A stretch of 64,000 nt of DNA from the human T2T-CHM13v2.0 reference genome, Homo sapiens: NCBI RefSeq assembly GCF_009914755.1, contig NC_060926.1. One strand, 5' to 3'. The position numbers and the translations under genes are program-made. This document shows, piece by piece, positions 13,791 to 28,957 of the stretch (position 1 is the first letter of the stretch; the number at the start of each line of letters is the position of its first letter). The notes under the pieces were generated by a model. That model was not told the DNA's origin. It saw only the letters and a list, made by a program, of their open reading frames with translations, and made no database searches.

Positions 13791-14937
13791 TTACAGTTAG
13801 ATCCTCTACATCCATCACTTTCACATTCATTCATTTTGCCATTTTTGTGAGAGAGGCAGTAGAATATATCATCAGAAAATAAAAAACATCCATTTACATA
13901 CAGTCATTAGGAATTAGACTGCAAATGCCATTCCCAAAATTAATCTGGCTTAGGCTTAAAGAGAGAAAATGCCTGTCTGGTGCTTCATTTATCACGGCAG
14001 GAGAGATAGAGCTCATTCTCTTTGCAAGCTGGCAGGCTCAGAGCAAGAAATACAGGGTGCAGGGAGAAAGAACCAGATGTCAGAATCAGCCCCTGGAGAG
14101 GCCCAGCTGTGTGGGACCTGAGTGTGTTCTGAACCAGACTGGGTGCGCACGGCTCACTTGGGTGAGGACCGTATGTGAAGGTTATCAAAGCATCAGAGTA
14201 GAGGGCGAAGACAAAAGGAAATGGTGCATGGGGTCAAAGGTCGAGGGTCAGCAGAGCATGGGGTCTAGGATGAGTATTGGGAAGGACGTTTGCAGGTCAC
14301 GTTCTCCTTCTTCCTGTATGCAGATGCATGTGATGTCTTTGCAGTCTACTTGCAGTAGACTTTCAACAACTCATCACATTGAATTATAATCAAATTTCAA
14401 TATTTTTCTGGGCTCTGTTTACCTCCTTGGTCATGCATTTTTGTCTCTTTTTTCTTCTTGTCTTTCCCTCCTCTCCCATTCTTCGGCTCATCTCTTGATT
14501 CTTGGTCTCTCCGTAGGATCTTTCCTCCTCAGGTTCAAGTGTCTTGGGTCCCTAAAGATTTTAAAAGGGCCTAGTATAAGCACAGAGCTTGAACTGCAGA
14601 CTGGCGACGATACATTTCATTATTGAGCCCTTAACATCACAATTTAAGATATAGCATATAGGATCTATAAAAGGGAGATCAATACTGTTTAAGTTATTAG
14701 GAGCCTAAGAAGAGGGCTTAAAGTATCTGGGAATGTTACTATGATGGTCGTTGCTTTTCAATCTTATGAAATTCTATTTTCTGTCTTCTAAATGTATGTT
14801 AATCCGTGGGCCTAGTTTCCATTTTCTTTCTGCAATGCCTTTCCCTTTACCAATAAGCCACCAACACTGACTCCTTTTGTTCTCTTTGACTGGAGATCCT
14901 TGAGGATTCAGTAAGTTCTCTGTGTAGAGAATTGATC

Positions 14938-15358
14938 ACGTCGGAATTGGTTGAGTTATCCGGGAAGCAGTGCTGAGATGAAGTTAGGATGGAAGAGGTT
15001 TGCTTGAGATGACAGCTGTGAAAGTGACGGGGAGGAAGCAGGATTGGGCAGAGGAAGCCATCAGTCTGTAGTGCAGCCTGGCAAAGTCCCAGCCTCCCCA
15101 GCCTGGAGGGGGCTTTGGAGCAAAGCATGTCCTGCCATTCAAGGAGCCCTGCATTGGGCGGTAAGAGCCAGGCCCTTGCAACACCTTGCTAGCTCATTGT
15201 TGATGGTGCCTGAAGGAGAACATGACCTGAGCTCTACACTGAGGTGGACCCTGAAGGAGTCCATAGCTGGAAATGCCAGCTGAACATGCTCCTCCAACTG
15301 GGCAGCAAGTCATTTCTAGAAGGTTCACCTGAATGGTGCATTTCTGCATCAGCAACCA
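14938..15358 (-). mobile_element. ERVL LTR16-family LTR
   Basis: gggaagcagtgctgagatg and gaggaagcaggattgggcagagg hallmarks. Confidence 0.75.
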
Positions 15359-17062
15359 TTTCCAATGAGCTTTTATGAAAGTCTGCTTTGTTGCCTGCCA
15401 TTGTAGTTGATGAACACAGAGGTTCATCAACTACAGGTTGAGGATCACGTTTTAGGAATTTAAGATGCCCAAATCCAGCCCTGACCCCTGGCTGTGGGGA
15501 TCCCATGGTTCTGCTTCGGTACTTTCACTCTTGATTGAGCTGCCATTGTTTTCCATGCAAGTGCACTGTTTTCCATGCTGGAGTGCAGCAGACCCCTTCC
15601 TACTGAGGATGTATGGGTTCTGGGAGGCAGCTGAGACCCAAGCATCCCTCACAGGTACAGTCTCATTTCCTTAAAGCAATTACCTCTGCAGCCAGGAGAT
15701 TATATTGCACCAGGAGGCACCGGGCAGGCACAGTCCTGCTGATAGGCTGATGACCGGGAGAAACCAGGCCTGCCAGGGACACACGCACAGTTTTGATGGG
15801 TCTGGGACAGGCTGATGGTCACAGAGCAATCGGTATTCAGAACTGTGGTCCCCAAGATCTGTGTTTATTCCAGAATTTTCCACTCAGCGGATGATCTCCT
15901 GCTCTCATCGTTATGGAGAGCATTTCTGATTATGGATTACGATTGAGAGGTATTTTCAAAACTTCACTCTAAAAATATCAGCTTTGGAATGGTTCTGAGC
16001 AGCGTGCTAAGTATTTCAACATTGCCCTGCATCCCTGTTTCAACGCTTGCCTATGCAGGCCAAAACTGCTTAAGATTTATGAATCTGGCAAAAGAATGCT
16101 CTGGTGTTAAGCTCTCTGTAGAAAAACAATAATTAAAAATAACCTTAATTTGCCCATTTTAGTCATTACACCATAAAGCCTTGCAGAAGATTAAAATTTT
16201 CTCATCAAGGCAATCAAAAGGTTCTATGATTGGAAGGACATTGATTTTCCACGACACGTGTCCTGCTGTGTAAAATAACTTCTCTTTCCAGAATTGTTTC
16301 AGCTGCTTAGGACATTACCCATGGTCCATTATGAAACTTTCAACTTAGGAAAAATTTAAAGCATATAAAGTAGGAAGGAAAATGTGAATGTCTGTTTTTC
16401 ATGGCTCTTTCACTACCACGTTAGGTATGAAGTTTAAAAAAAATTAAACTTTTGTTTTGTTTCTGATAAATTATCACATTTTATCTCCTTTCAGTGACTG
16501 GAAACTATGACTTTACCCTCCAGATCTTGACTTTGATTCTCAGTCCCACTCAAAGACATAGAGGCTAGAAATGAGGAAGCCACTCATCACTTAGGTTATT
16601 GTTTTATTGTATAATTTTAGCAACATGGATATCTGTGAGGACAAATGCAGGATTTATTCCTAGTGGTGTCATTTAAATGTTGTCACAAGTCTAAGAGTGC
16701 TTAGAGGAAAAAGCTAGAATAAGTTGAACTTTTTCAAAGTTGATTTTGGCCAATGGCAAATAAAAAGTGCATTTCTCCTTCCAATATAGAAGGCAGTATA
16801 TCAAATGGAGGTCATATGTGTCAGCATAGTTTCATTTAAGATTAACTATGTAGTGTTATGCTCCTTTAGTCAGGAAAAAGTGTGTATTTATAGCATGTTG
16901 CATTACACAATCCTGGACTTCTTCATTTATTATCCTCTGTGTGTGTGTGTGTGTGCATACCTAATGTGCACGTGTGCATATGTGTGTCTTCTTCTTTACC
17001 TAGACCTATCACTACCATTGATGCTAAACCACACTACAGGAAGAAATTGGCAGGAAAAAAAG

Positions 17063-17808
<746 letters not shown>

Positions 17809-18606
17809 AAGGGACACATACAGAATTAAGAGGCGACTAAATGGAGAACAAGACATCAAAGAACAAGAAGCAAGCAAGCAAATGATAAATCTCTGGGGTG
17901 GAAGTTGGAGATGAAGGCTCCAGGCATGGGTGTTAGGGCACGTGGCCTCCCTCATTCAGTGACAGTGGCAGCTCAGTTGTTAAGGAGGGTTGTGAGCCAT
18001 GTGCAGGTTGGGTTGGGGACAGACGCCCTGATGACTGACAAGGTAACGAGATGTGTGATGGACATGGCAGGGAGGATGGAGGCATTTATGCAGCCGATCT
18101 GCCAACCTGGTTCATTGTTTCTTTGCTGGAATGCTCATTCATTACTGTTCTATGCCTGCATTGGCGTGAACCAATACATCAGTCCCCACATTCAGAAAAA
18201 AAGCTCTTAAATCTGACTCCCAAGAAAGATTTGTGATGCTGTATAAATGATAACTAATATGGTCTGCATCCTTAGATTTTTAGGGCCAAATTCTTGTCAT
18301 CATCATAGGTATACACCCATAGAAAATGTATTTTTCAAGATAAAGATATATTATTTCTGAAATTACATCATACAGCCTTGATTGGAATGCTAAGAGAGTT
18401 AAAGTTGCCTAGAGAGGAAAAAGAGAATTGTGTTCTTTTGCTCTTGAATGTTGCCTTATGAAAGTTTTATCCTATTGTTAATAAGGAACTCTAAAAAAAG
18501 AGAAAATAGTATGCCATTGTTCCCCTATTCCATGAGTCTTGCTCATAGAGTCTCCCCCACTCCAATCATTCATATATAAGATGAAACTTACAGAATATTA
18601 GTGTTA

Positions 18607-19213
<607 letters not shown>

Positions 19214-19279
19214 GTTACAAAGGAACTTAGAGATAAACTTGTCAACTGTCCTTTTTATAGAGGAATGTGCTTTTTGTGC

Positions 19280-19637
19280 CTTCTTCATGCTAGGCAAGTC
19301 TATGGGAACAAATCAAGAAATCTCAGCAGCTTAAAATAGCAAGGTTCATTTCATGCTGACGTTACCTGGTCAGCGAGGGTCTGTGGGGGCCTTGGATCCA
19401 TGCAGTCACTCAAGGCCCAGGCTGACGGAGTGTCCTGAAGCTCGTAGCTGCACCTTCTAGAACATGAGGTCCCCAGGTGCCCGTGGCAAGGACAACAGAA
19501 CATAGACAAGTCAGACTCATGTGGCTGGAGGTGACATGGGCCAGCTCTGGCCATAGTCCATGGAGCAGAACTGGTCACATGTCCACTGAATCACGGAGCC
19601 AGTGGGGGTGGGAAGGCATTTGGACATCTCTGCTACA
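19280..19637 (-). mobile_element. Ancient MaLR LTR (MLT1I/J class)
   Basis: aaatctcagcagcttaaaa, cagtcactcaaggcccaggctgacggag, agaactggtcacatg. Confidence 0.65.
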
Positions 19638-19814
19638 ACTTGATGGAGCAAAGGAGTCCAAGTCTTCACTCTATATAATTATTTTTAAAATGTACTATTC
19701 TGTTCCCTCCTTAGTCTGTGGTAGAAGGGATAAAAATGAATAAAATATAAAAGTAAAAATATGCATTTGTTAAAATTCCCAAGGTATTGCCATAATACAT
19801 TTGATTCTGTACTT

Positions 19815-20065
19815 TTTCAACAAATATTAAGCAAAAAGCTATTTTGTTAGGTGCCCAGGACATAACGACAAATAAGGCAATTCCTGACTTGAAGGAACTT
19901 TTAGTCTAGGGGTAGAAAACAGTCAAGGAAGCAAAGTGTGTGATGAGAACCGTGCTAGGTGAATGTGGATGGCATTCTAAGTAGAGAGAAGCTGCAAACG
20001 GCTTTCCAGGAAAGAACCCAGGCCGCATCTGGAGAGGTGCCCAGTATTTGTGAGGCAGAGAAGGG
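19815..20065 (-). mobile_element. L2 3' end
   Basis: ttcaacaaatattaagc...ttcctgacttgaaggaactttttagtctagggg-type L2 tail. Confidence 0.6.
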
Positions 20066-20179
20066 GATGCACTCCCGCGACGACAAACAAGTGCGTGTGT
20101 GCGGGGCTGTGTTTGCTCGGCTCATTTCTGAGTGCTCCCAAGTGCTGAGCACCGCTCGGCACATTGCCGGCCATTTGGC

Positions 20180-20530
20180 CCAGCACAGCCCCTCTGCTCC
20201 CGTCTGTCTCCCTCTGTTCCCTGTGCTGGGCGCGGGCCTGCGTGATCAGCATGGGGCTCCTTTACCCTCTGGCTTCGGGCTGGGATCCGTCAATGGGGAT
20301 TCCCGGGCAGAGGTCAGAGAGAGAGGCAGGAGCACAGGGTCTGGGCTTGCGCGTCTCCTGCTTTCTTATGCGGGAGACATCTGCTTCCCTCACGGGCATC
20401 CCATTGCCCTTCCACACCAAGTGCCTTCCCCTGGGCTCCTGTTCCTCTCCCCTCCTCTCATTCCTTGCGGCTTCTGGGTGGTAACAGCAGCAAATGGTGC
20501 CACACGGTTGCCCAAGGACTGTGAAGGTGG
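20180..20530 (+). mobile_element. ERVL LTR33/LTR16-class LTR fragment
   Basis: gggctcctttaccctctggcttcgggctgggatccgtcaatgggg resembles the GGCTCCCTTGCCCTCTGGCTTC..GGCCAATGGG motif. Confidence 0.55.
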
Positions 20531-20630
20531 CTAGTTGCAAAGGTGTAGGTTAGGTGGTGGGAACCAGAATGGGGCTTACCAGGTGATTGCAACCCCGTGG
20601 GAAGCAACCTCTGTGTAAAACCCCGTGGCC

Positions 20631-20691
20631 TTTTTTGTTGTTGTTTTTCTTTTGATACAGAGTCTCGCTCTGTCGGCCAGGCTGGAGTGCA
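20631..20691 (-). mobile_element. Heavily 5'-truncated Alu (about 40 bp plus tail)
   Basis: T tract followed by gatacagagtctcgctctgtcggccaggctggagtgca. Confidence 0.85.
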
Positions 20692-20729
20692 TTATCCAGA
20701 GCTGTTGGACAAATCCAGAGCTGTTATTG

Positions 20730-21075
20730 TACCTTCAGGTTGGTTACAAATTTTTTTCTTATCACCATCCTGACTAAAATGATATTTTTAACTAATACAT
20801 CAAACACACCCCTAATCATGCTCTTTAGAAAGAATGCCAAGGAGTAGAAGCCTGGGGTCAAGAGCCGCGCACATTTTAAAGTTTTGGTGTTTTTTGCTAA
20901 ATTGTCTGCCAGAAAAGTTGTACCAATTTTCATTTTGGGATGAGGGATGGGGAAGTGTATCTTCCTATTGTGTAAACTTGCAGTTCTTTGATTACTAATA
21001 ATTTTAAATTTTGTTTCATATAATCATTATCAATTTATATTCATATGAATTTCTTGCTCAAGATTGTTAAATTTT
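20730..21075 (-). mobile_element. Old L1M(E) 3' fragment
   Basis: ggagtagaagcctggggtcaagag..ttgctaaattgtctgccagaaaagttgtaccaattt. Confidence 0.65.
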
Positions 21076-21081
21076 TTATTC

Positions 21082-21091
21082 GTGTGTGTGC

Positions 21092-21140
<49 letters not shown>
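21082..21140. repeat. (TG)n(TA)n(GA)n compound microsatellite at the Alu tail position
   Basis: Read directly from the sequence. Confidence 0.95.
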
Positions 21141-21429
<289 letters not shown>

Positions 21430-22277
21430 TAGTCTACGTTAAAATTTTTTCTTTTATTCTGTACTTGTTATTTGTGCCCTTATCTCAAAAAGGTTTTGGT
21501 ATAGCTTATTTGTTTAAAAGATTTTAAAAATAAAAATAGATTTTAAAAACAAAAATAGACCAAAAGTAACAGAAAGGGAGAGAAATAAAACATAAGTAAA
21601 CATACAGAACATACATAAAAAGGTTCCTATAACATCCCAGTACATTTAGGTCTGAGCTTCCCAATGGACAATGTGGAAAGGAAAAAACTTAACTTTTTTC
21701 TTGGAAAAGAAAGCGTATCTTTCTTCAAAGAAGATCAAATTAATGACTTTATTCAAATTTGAAGGAGTTTTTCATGCTGACTTATGCAAAGATTTTGGAA
21801 ATCATTGCTGAAAATGTCTTTAGAAAAGAATATTAGACACCTAGTAGTTATTGTAAAATAATTCTGTAGTTTTAGATATGAAAACTGTTATACAAAGTCT
21901 AATTTATTGACTATTGGACTTTGGGATTTAAGAGACCACTTAAATACAACAAGCAAGATAAAGTGGATGGCAACAATACAATCATCAACTTCAAATTTTC
22001 TCATATAAAGATATTTCCTTACTCATATCTTATTCATATAAGATAAAAATTAAACTGTAAATAATTATGATGATGATTTCATTAATGTGTGTATTCTCTC
22101 ACACATACACTCATAAAATCCCATTAGAAAGTTATGATATCAGAATAAAGAATAGAAATTTCCACAAACTAGCAGTTTTAATTACATGCACACATAGTCT
22201 TTTTTTTTTCTTCCTTGTTTGGCATAGAGTTTAATCAGATTTAAAATGGTGAGAGTTCTGTCTAAGGTTGTTTGTCA

Positions 22278-22350
22278 CTTTATTTTTATTTTTTATTTCC
22301 ATAGGTTTTAGGGGAACAGATGGTATTTGGGCACATGAGTAAGTTCTTTA
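22278..22350 (-). mobile_element. L1PB-like extreme 3' fragment
   Basis: ttttatttccataggttttaggggaacagatggtatttgg.cacatgagtaagttcttta. Confidence 0.75.
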
Positions 22351-22454
22351 ATGCACACATATTCTTGTCTCCAGGGTTTTCATTTAGCTATGCAGTCATA
22401 AAATCATTTTTGCTACTGGCCCCAGTCCCTGGACTGGTGTCTGGGAAGTACACT

Positions 22455-22555
22455 AATTCAGAAAACCGAGGCCAAGAAAATGTAAGTGCACTGCCTAAGA
22501 TTACCCAGCTATTCAATAGCAAAGCTGGGAGGAGAGCCCCAGGCTCCTAATTCCT
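22455..22555 (-). mobile_element. MIR core fragment
   Basis: gaaaaccgaggcc..aagtgcactgcctaagattacccagcta. Confidence 0.65.
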
Positions 22556-23374
22556 GTTTCCCTAAACAAGAACAAAGGTCTGTAGATTGGAAGAGGAAAA
22601 GAATAAAAAAATCATAATTTTGATGTGAAATAGCTGGAGGGACAAAAAGAGGGTATCTTTCTGTGCAAAGGGACTAAGTGTCCAGGCTTAGAGAAACTGT
22701 GGAATCACTTCCCGGAACGTGGGGCCAAGCAGCAGATGTGGTGTACATCCGCAGGCAGCAATAACTGAGGGACCGGGGAGGTGCCAAGAGGATGGATGTG
22801 CAAACTGTGGAATTCAAGGAACAGCTGAAGAACAGGGGCACAGCGGGCCCTGAAAACAATTAAAGAGGGATATTGTGTATAAAGTAATTTAAGTGGAGAG
22901 TTCTTCTATGCAATTCTGATTATAGAACTAGAACCAACAAGTTACTAGGAGGAGGATTTCTGGTAAATAATGAGGAATAGAGAAAGAATGTTATTTATTG
23001 TCCATTCCAGTCCCAAATCCCAGCAAATAAATATTTTAAAGAAATGTTTAATAAATAGAGCTTCACAGTGGTGAGTACACTGTCAAGAAGCAGTGAATCT
23101 TGATTTACTAGATATATTTAAACAAAGGGTTGGTAGAAATATGCCTGGAATACATAAAAATGGAAATATACTGTGGACATCTGATATCCTTGTAACAGGA
23201 GTCTCAGAAGGAAAAAGCAGATGACGGAGGGAAAAAATAATAGAAGAAAAATGTATTAAGCTTAGGAAAAATACCACTTTTTATTTAAAAAAGGGAGGGG
23301 GGAGCACCAAGCACCAAGAAAGAGTAATGAAAAAAGGAAGAGAAGAAGACCAATACCTAGGTATGTGCTATTGA

Positions 23375-23705
<331 letters not shown>

Positions 23706-23908
23706 AATTTTAAAAAATCTTAATAGCTTCCTGAGAGAAAGAACAGGTTAGCTATAAAGAGATTAAAATAAAATTCAGATTATTTCCGATTCCTCAGCAT
23801 CATGAGATAAAGAATAATGCCAAAGTTCTAAGAGAAAATTACTTTGAACCTGAAAATTTATACCCAGCAACACTATCCATCAAGTGAAGTCAAAATTATA
23901 ACATTGTT

Positions 23909-24206
<298 letters not shown>

Positions 24207-25064
24207 TCAGTGCAGCAAAGACAGAAAATGTATTCCCCTTGTACCCTAATTCACCTACTGGAAAACAATTTAAAAAACAGGTCATGTGGAATGGAAGATG
24301 CTATGGAAGCTGATTGGAACTGTGAGGAACTGAAATCATCTCCACCTGGAGCAATTAAACATGGACCTTGGAAGCCTTGCCTTTGAGAGGCCCAGGTGGG
24401 TCTGGAGACTTAGCATAATTTTTTCTTCTTTGCACATCCATTTAAACAAGTTGGTTCTACAGTGAAATATTTATAGTCTTCATTTTATATGGCTTGGAGT
24501 TTGGGTCATTTCCTTATATAAAAGGGGACAAGGTGCACTTGTTTTTTCTAAATCGAATTAAATTCAGTTTTGAGTACCGACTCGTCAAGGCTGGCAAGAA
24601 GTGTCTGCCATTAATGGCATTAATAGGCTTCTTGCTTTCCCTGAGCCCAGTGCCATGTGCCCAGAACAACAACGGGGAAAAGCCATGGTTCCTTTCCCTT
24701 CATCTGAGCATTGACTGTAATGTCCTTGGCTCCAGGATGCCGTGGTGAGTGTGGTCTTTAGCTGTGCGATGGCTGCAGCTGCTCATCTGCTCTAGGAACC
24801 CGAGTGAGACCCTTCCATCCCCCACCCGTGGTCCCTCCCTCTCCAATGTTTCAGCATGAAAGAGGGACACTCACTGGTCTCATGGCCTCACAGGTGGTCA
24901 TGCTGCCCCATCTGAGGTCCTGTCGGCCCTGCACAGTGCCTCCTAGCCAGGCTCACACCATCCCTGTGTTAAGGGAGCCTAGCTCACGGTCTCCTCCCAG
25001 CCCTGGTTCAGCTGCCTCTAGAATGACAGTCTTGCTCCCTAAAGACTCCTCCCTTGATTTTGGT

Positions 25065-25248
25065 GGGGAACCTATCCTGTCACCTGCAACATCAGGGTGA
25101 CCCATCCGATCACCTTCTTTTCTAGGGCAACCTGTCCTACCTACCAGCTGCCCCATCAGGGGGTAATCCACTGATCACCTCCCTCTGTTGGCACAGCAAT
25201 CCTGACACCTACATCTGTGGGGCAACCTTCCCTATCACCTGCACCTTT
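25065..25248. repeat. Degenerate ~30-bp minisatellite, about 6 units
   Basis: Units near GGGCAACCYATCCTGATCACCT start at 25065, 25094, 25124, 25158, 25189 and 25219. Confidence 0.7.
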
Positions 25249-26159
25249 TGGAATTTTGACTCCACCGTGGAGCCTAAGTGAAGCATGGAGTCTGGGAAAA
25301 CAAAGCAGAAGCCACTTATTTGAAGAAAGAGAAAATCCCACCCATCCTTTCACCGTGAACCTGGAGTCCCACGGCTAGCTGCTTAGCTGGCTGCACTGTC
25401 GCGTTAAATAGTTTCCCTGGAAGAGAAATTGTCCTCTTAGATTTTCATTCGTTTTGTTGTTTCCTGTGGATTTTGGGGAGAGGAGGAGCATCTCCCCTGC
25501 ACAGCTGCAAACTCAGGTTAGCTGGGTTATACTCCTGTGCCGGAGCTTGCAGCAGGTGATCAGGCCTGTGTACATGAGGCTGTGGAGAGGCAGGGTGGGT
25601 ACTGGGGCCAGGGGACTTCCAGGAAATAAAGCTCCTACCTGAAATGATAAACAGAGGAATATAGTTTAGCCAATTAGAGAGAAATTATTTCTAAAAACTC
25701 AATAAAATGTAGTTTAACCTTTCTCTCATTTTCTGGTTTATTCATTTGAATTTTAACTCTTCAGATGGCAATTGGATAAGGAACGGGACAAGTCAGGCTG
25801 CAGGCCAGGGGTCTCTCCATCCTGGACAGAGCCCTTAGCAGATAAAACATCAATTCCATGACTTACTAATTATAAGTCATTAAGGCAAAGAGCCGCAGGG
25901 TCTAATTAAAGTTGAGTTATAGACTTTTAATAATGAAATCCTCTTGGTTAAAGCACTGCTACTGAATATGCCCCAAAATAAAACCCAAAGTTTAGCAAAC
26001 AATAATGTAAGAATTATTTTTCTAAATCGGAAAAATAATGAAGCATGGTTAATTGAATCATCTAATTTTTCAGAAGAAGCTGACAAAAAACGGAGGTTCC
26101 CTGATACAATGTGAGTAAGAGTTTTTGGCATAAAAGGGCTTGAAATTAATGCCAGCTTC

Positions 26160-26616
26160 TGGAAACTGACCCAATAGTCCCATAGATAATTTTTTTGGAT
26201 AAACATATGAATTGACCCTTTTGGTGGTAGCTTGAAACTTACATTTGTTTTATCTGAGTTCCTTTCTCAGGAAAGGACACCCAGGCATCTCAAAAAAAAA
26301 AAAAAAAAAAGTATCAAAGAACTGAAACTTACCAGATCACCGCATTCAGACAACAAGATGCCTCACTTCTCATTTGCCATGATTGCTTCCTTCCCCTCTC
26401 TAGTTCCTGGTTTCTTAGGCATGGTTACATTTCTTCCCTGCTATATAAACCTCTAGTTTTAGTGGGTCAGAGAGATGGATTTGAAACTGATCTTCCATCT
26501 CTTCAACTGCAGTACCTGATTAAAGCCTTCTTAGTTGGTGATACTTGTTGTCTCAGTGATTGGCTTCTGTGTGGCAAGCAGCAGGACCTAGACAGACCCC
26601 TGGTGTTTTGTTAACA
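26160..26616 (+). mobile_element. ERV1 solo LTR, LTR26-like
   Basis: gaaactgacccaatagtcccataga start, TATATAAA 26442-26449, ATTAAA 26519-26524, taaca end. Confidence 0.8.
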
Positions 26617-26725
26617 CTCTCTTCCCCTTATTTCAAGTCATACTGTCTGTTCAGGGTTGAGCAGGGAGGACCCTGCCCATGTCTCAGCATTCATGAATAA
26701 ATGAGAAGGACTTAGAATGAGTTTA

Positions 26726-27106
<381 letters not shown>

Positions 27107-27431
27107 TTAGTTTTTAACATCTTGCCTCTAATCTAAATCTTGACCTACTTAATTTATTTGGTAAGAACCTTTCTAAAGTTAGAGTTTACTTTAGCTTACA
27201 GTCATCTGAATTATATCTCCTGAAATGGTAGATTCTAAATTAATAAATATATTTTTAAGTTATTACTCCACTTCTCACTTGGTTTATTCATTTGAAATTG
27301 CTGCGTTTTAACTCTCAATTGCTCAATAATGAACAGTCAGTGATTTGAGCAAGGAGGAGTCGTGAGTCAAAATGGTTCACAGCCTCCCTGGTTTCATGAG
27401 CCCTCATCTGGAAACAGCCTGGATGTCCTAC

Positions 27432-28060
27432 TGAGGCAGGAGAATAGGGTCTGGAGGCAGGGAACCTAAGGTCATTTCACATTGACTTTTTAGAACTAAA
27501 TTGAAAGGAAAGCCCTAACTTTCCATGCTTAAGTAACAAAAGGACCAGAGGGTACTCCCTTGGCAAGAAGCAACCAATCAGACATTTGCATAGGAGTATA
27601 ACTTTGTGACTTCACTTCAGCCTCTGAATCCACAACCAATCAGACTGATTGCGGGCCAAGTCTTCGTTTGCATTGAAGTGCCACTTGGTAACTTCAATTT
27701 AGTCTCTGACTGGTTGTTTTCTGCAACCAGTCAGATGTCTGCATATGAATGTGACCTTTGTAACTTCACTTCAGCCTCTGTGGAAAGCAATCAATCAGAC
27801 TGATTGGGGGCTACCACTTAATTTACATGGGGTGAACACCAAGTGGCCAGTGTGAAACCTCTAGCAGGTACTTGGACTGGAGAAGATTCTGTATCGGGGC
27901 CCTTGAGCTGCTGCTCAGGCTGCTCCCACACTGTGGAGTGTACTTTCGTTTTCAACAAATCTCTGCTTTTGTTGCTTCATTCTTTCTTTGCTTTGTTTGT
28001 GTGCTTTGTCCAATTCTTTGTTCAAAATGCCAAGAACCTGGACACCCTCCCCCAGTAACA
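27432..28060 (+). mobile_element. ERV1 solo LTR, MER51-like
   Basis: tgaggcaggagaatagggtctggaggcagggaacctaagg start, internal aaccaatcaga repeats, gtaaca end; 4-bp TSD ctac/caac. Confidence 0.9.
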
Positions 28061-28149
28061 CAACCAGAGACCTTCCTCTGGCCCATGTAGTCTCCCCAAG
28101 GAAATGGGAAAAAGGGGTGCTGTCTTGGTCAGGATCATGGCCTCAGGCC

Positions 28150-28311
28150 TCAGGCTCATGGCCTGACAAGTGCCCCTTCCTCCAAGAAGCTACAGCCCCA
28201 GCCAGGTGCATGGCTTGGCAAGTTGAGTGTGAGCTGCATTCATCCTTCACATGATGTCTGTTGGGTGCTGTTGTGCAGTGTACAACCTGCACAGCCATAC
28301 CTGGAAACCCT
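28150..28311 (-). mobile_element. hAT-Tip100 MITE, MER91-like
   Basis: ttgtgcagtgtacaacctgcacagccatacctggaaaccctg terminus. Confidence 0.6.
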
Positions 28312-28637
28312 GTCGTAAAATAGAGGATTAGACACAAGCATCAGCATAAATACATAGGATGGAATATTATATGACTAAAAAAGCTATCAGGTGGTAGGAG
28401 AATGTTTATTGAACAAGGCATTGCTTTTAAGGTAACATCAAAAGAAGAAAATAGAAAGTTCCAATGGTGCAAAGTATATACACAAACACTGGAAGCTCAG
28501 AGAAAGGCAAAAAGAGCATAAACCAAAATTTTCATTGTCCTTATCTCTAGGAGATGAGACAGCAGATGACTTTTTCCTTTGTGACTTTCATCCTTTAAGT
28601 TTTCCTCATGTATCACTTTTGTAATAAAAAAAAATTA

Positions 28638-28955
28638 CAGTCATCCCTTGGTATCAGCAAGGATTGGTTCCAGAATCTCTTGCGGATATCAAAATTTGAG
28701 GATGCTCAAGTCTCTGATATAAAATGGTATGATATTTGCATATGACCTATGCACAACCTTCCATAGACTTTAAATGATCTCTAGAGTACTTGTAGTACCT
28801 AATGCAATGTAAATATCATGCAAACAGTTGTTATGCTGTATTGGTTTTAATTTGTGTTTAGTTTTATTATATTACTTTAATTTTTTTTTAATATTTTCCA
28901 TCCTTGGTTGGTTGAATTCATGAGTGTGGAACCTGTGGGCACTGAGGGCCAACTG
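28638..28955. mobile_element. MER2 (TcMar-Tigger MITE)
   Basis: TIRs cagtcatcccttggtatc and cactgagggccaactg; gaggatgctcaagtc.ct.atataaaatgg; preceded by TA. Confidence 0.9.
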
Positions 28956-28957
28956 TT

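Noticed and set aside
19959-20534. 191-aa ORF
   Set aside because: GTG start, spans L2 and LTR fossils, no recognisable domain; expected by chance in GC-rich DNA
25065-25248. CRISPR-like repeat/spacer appearance (also 42697-42802)
   Set aside because: Primate DNA, degenerate units, no unique spacers of proper length, no cas genes
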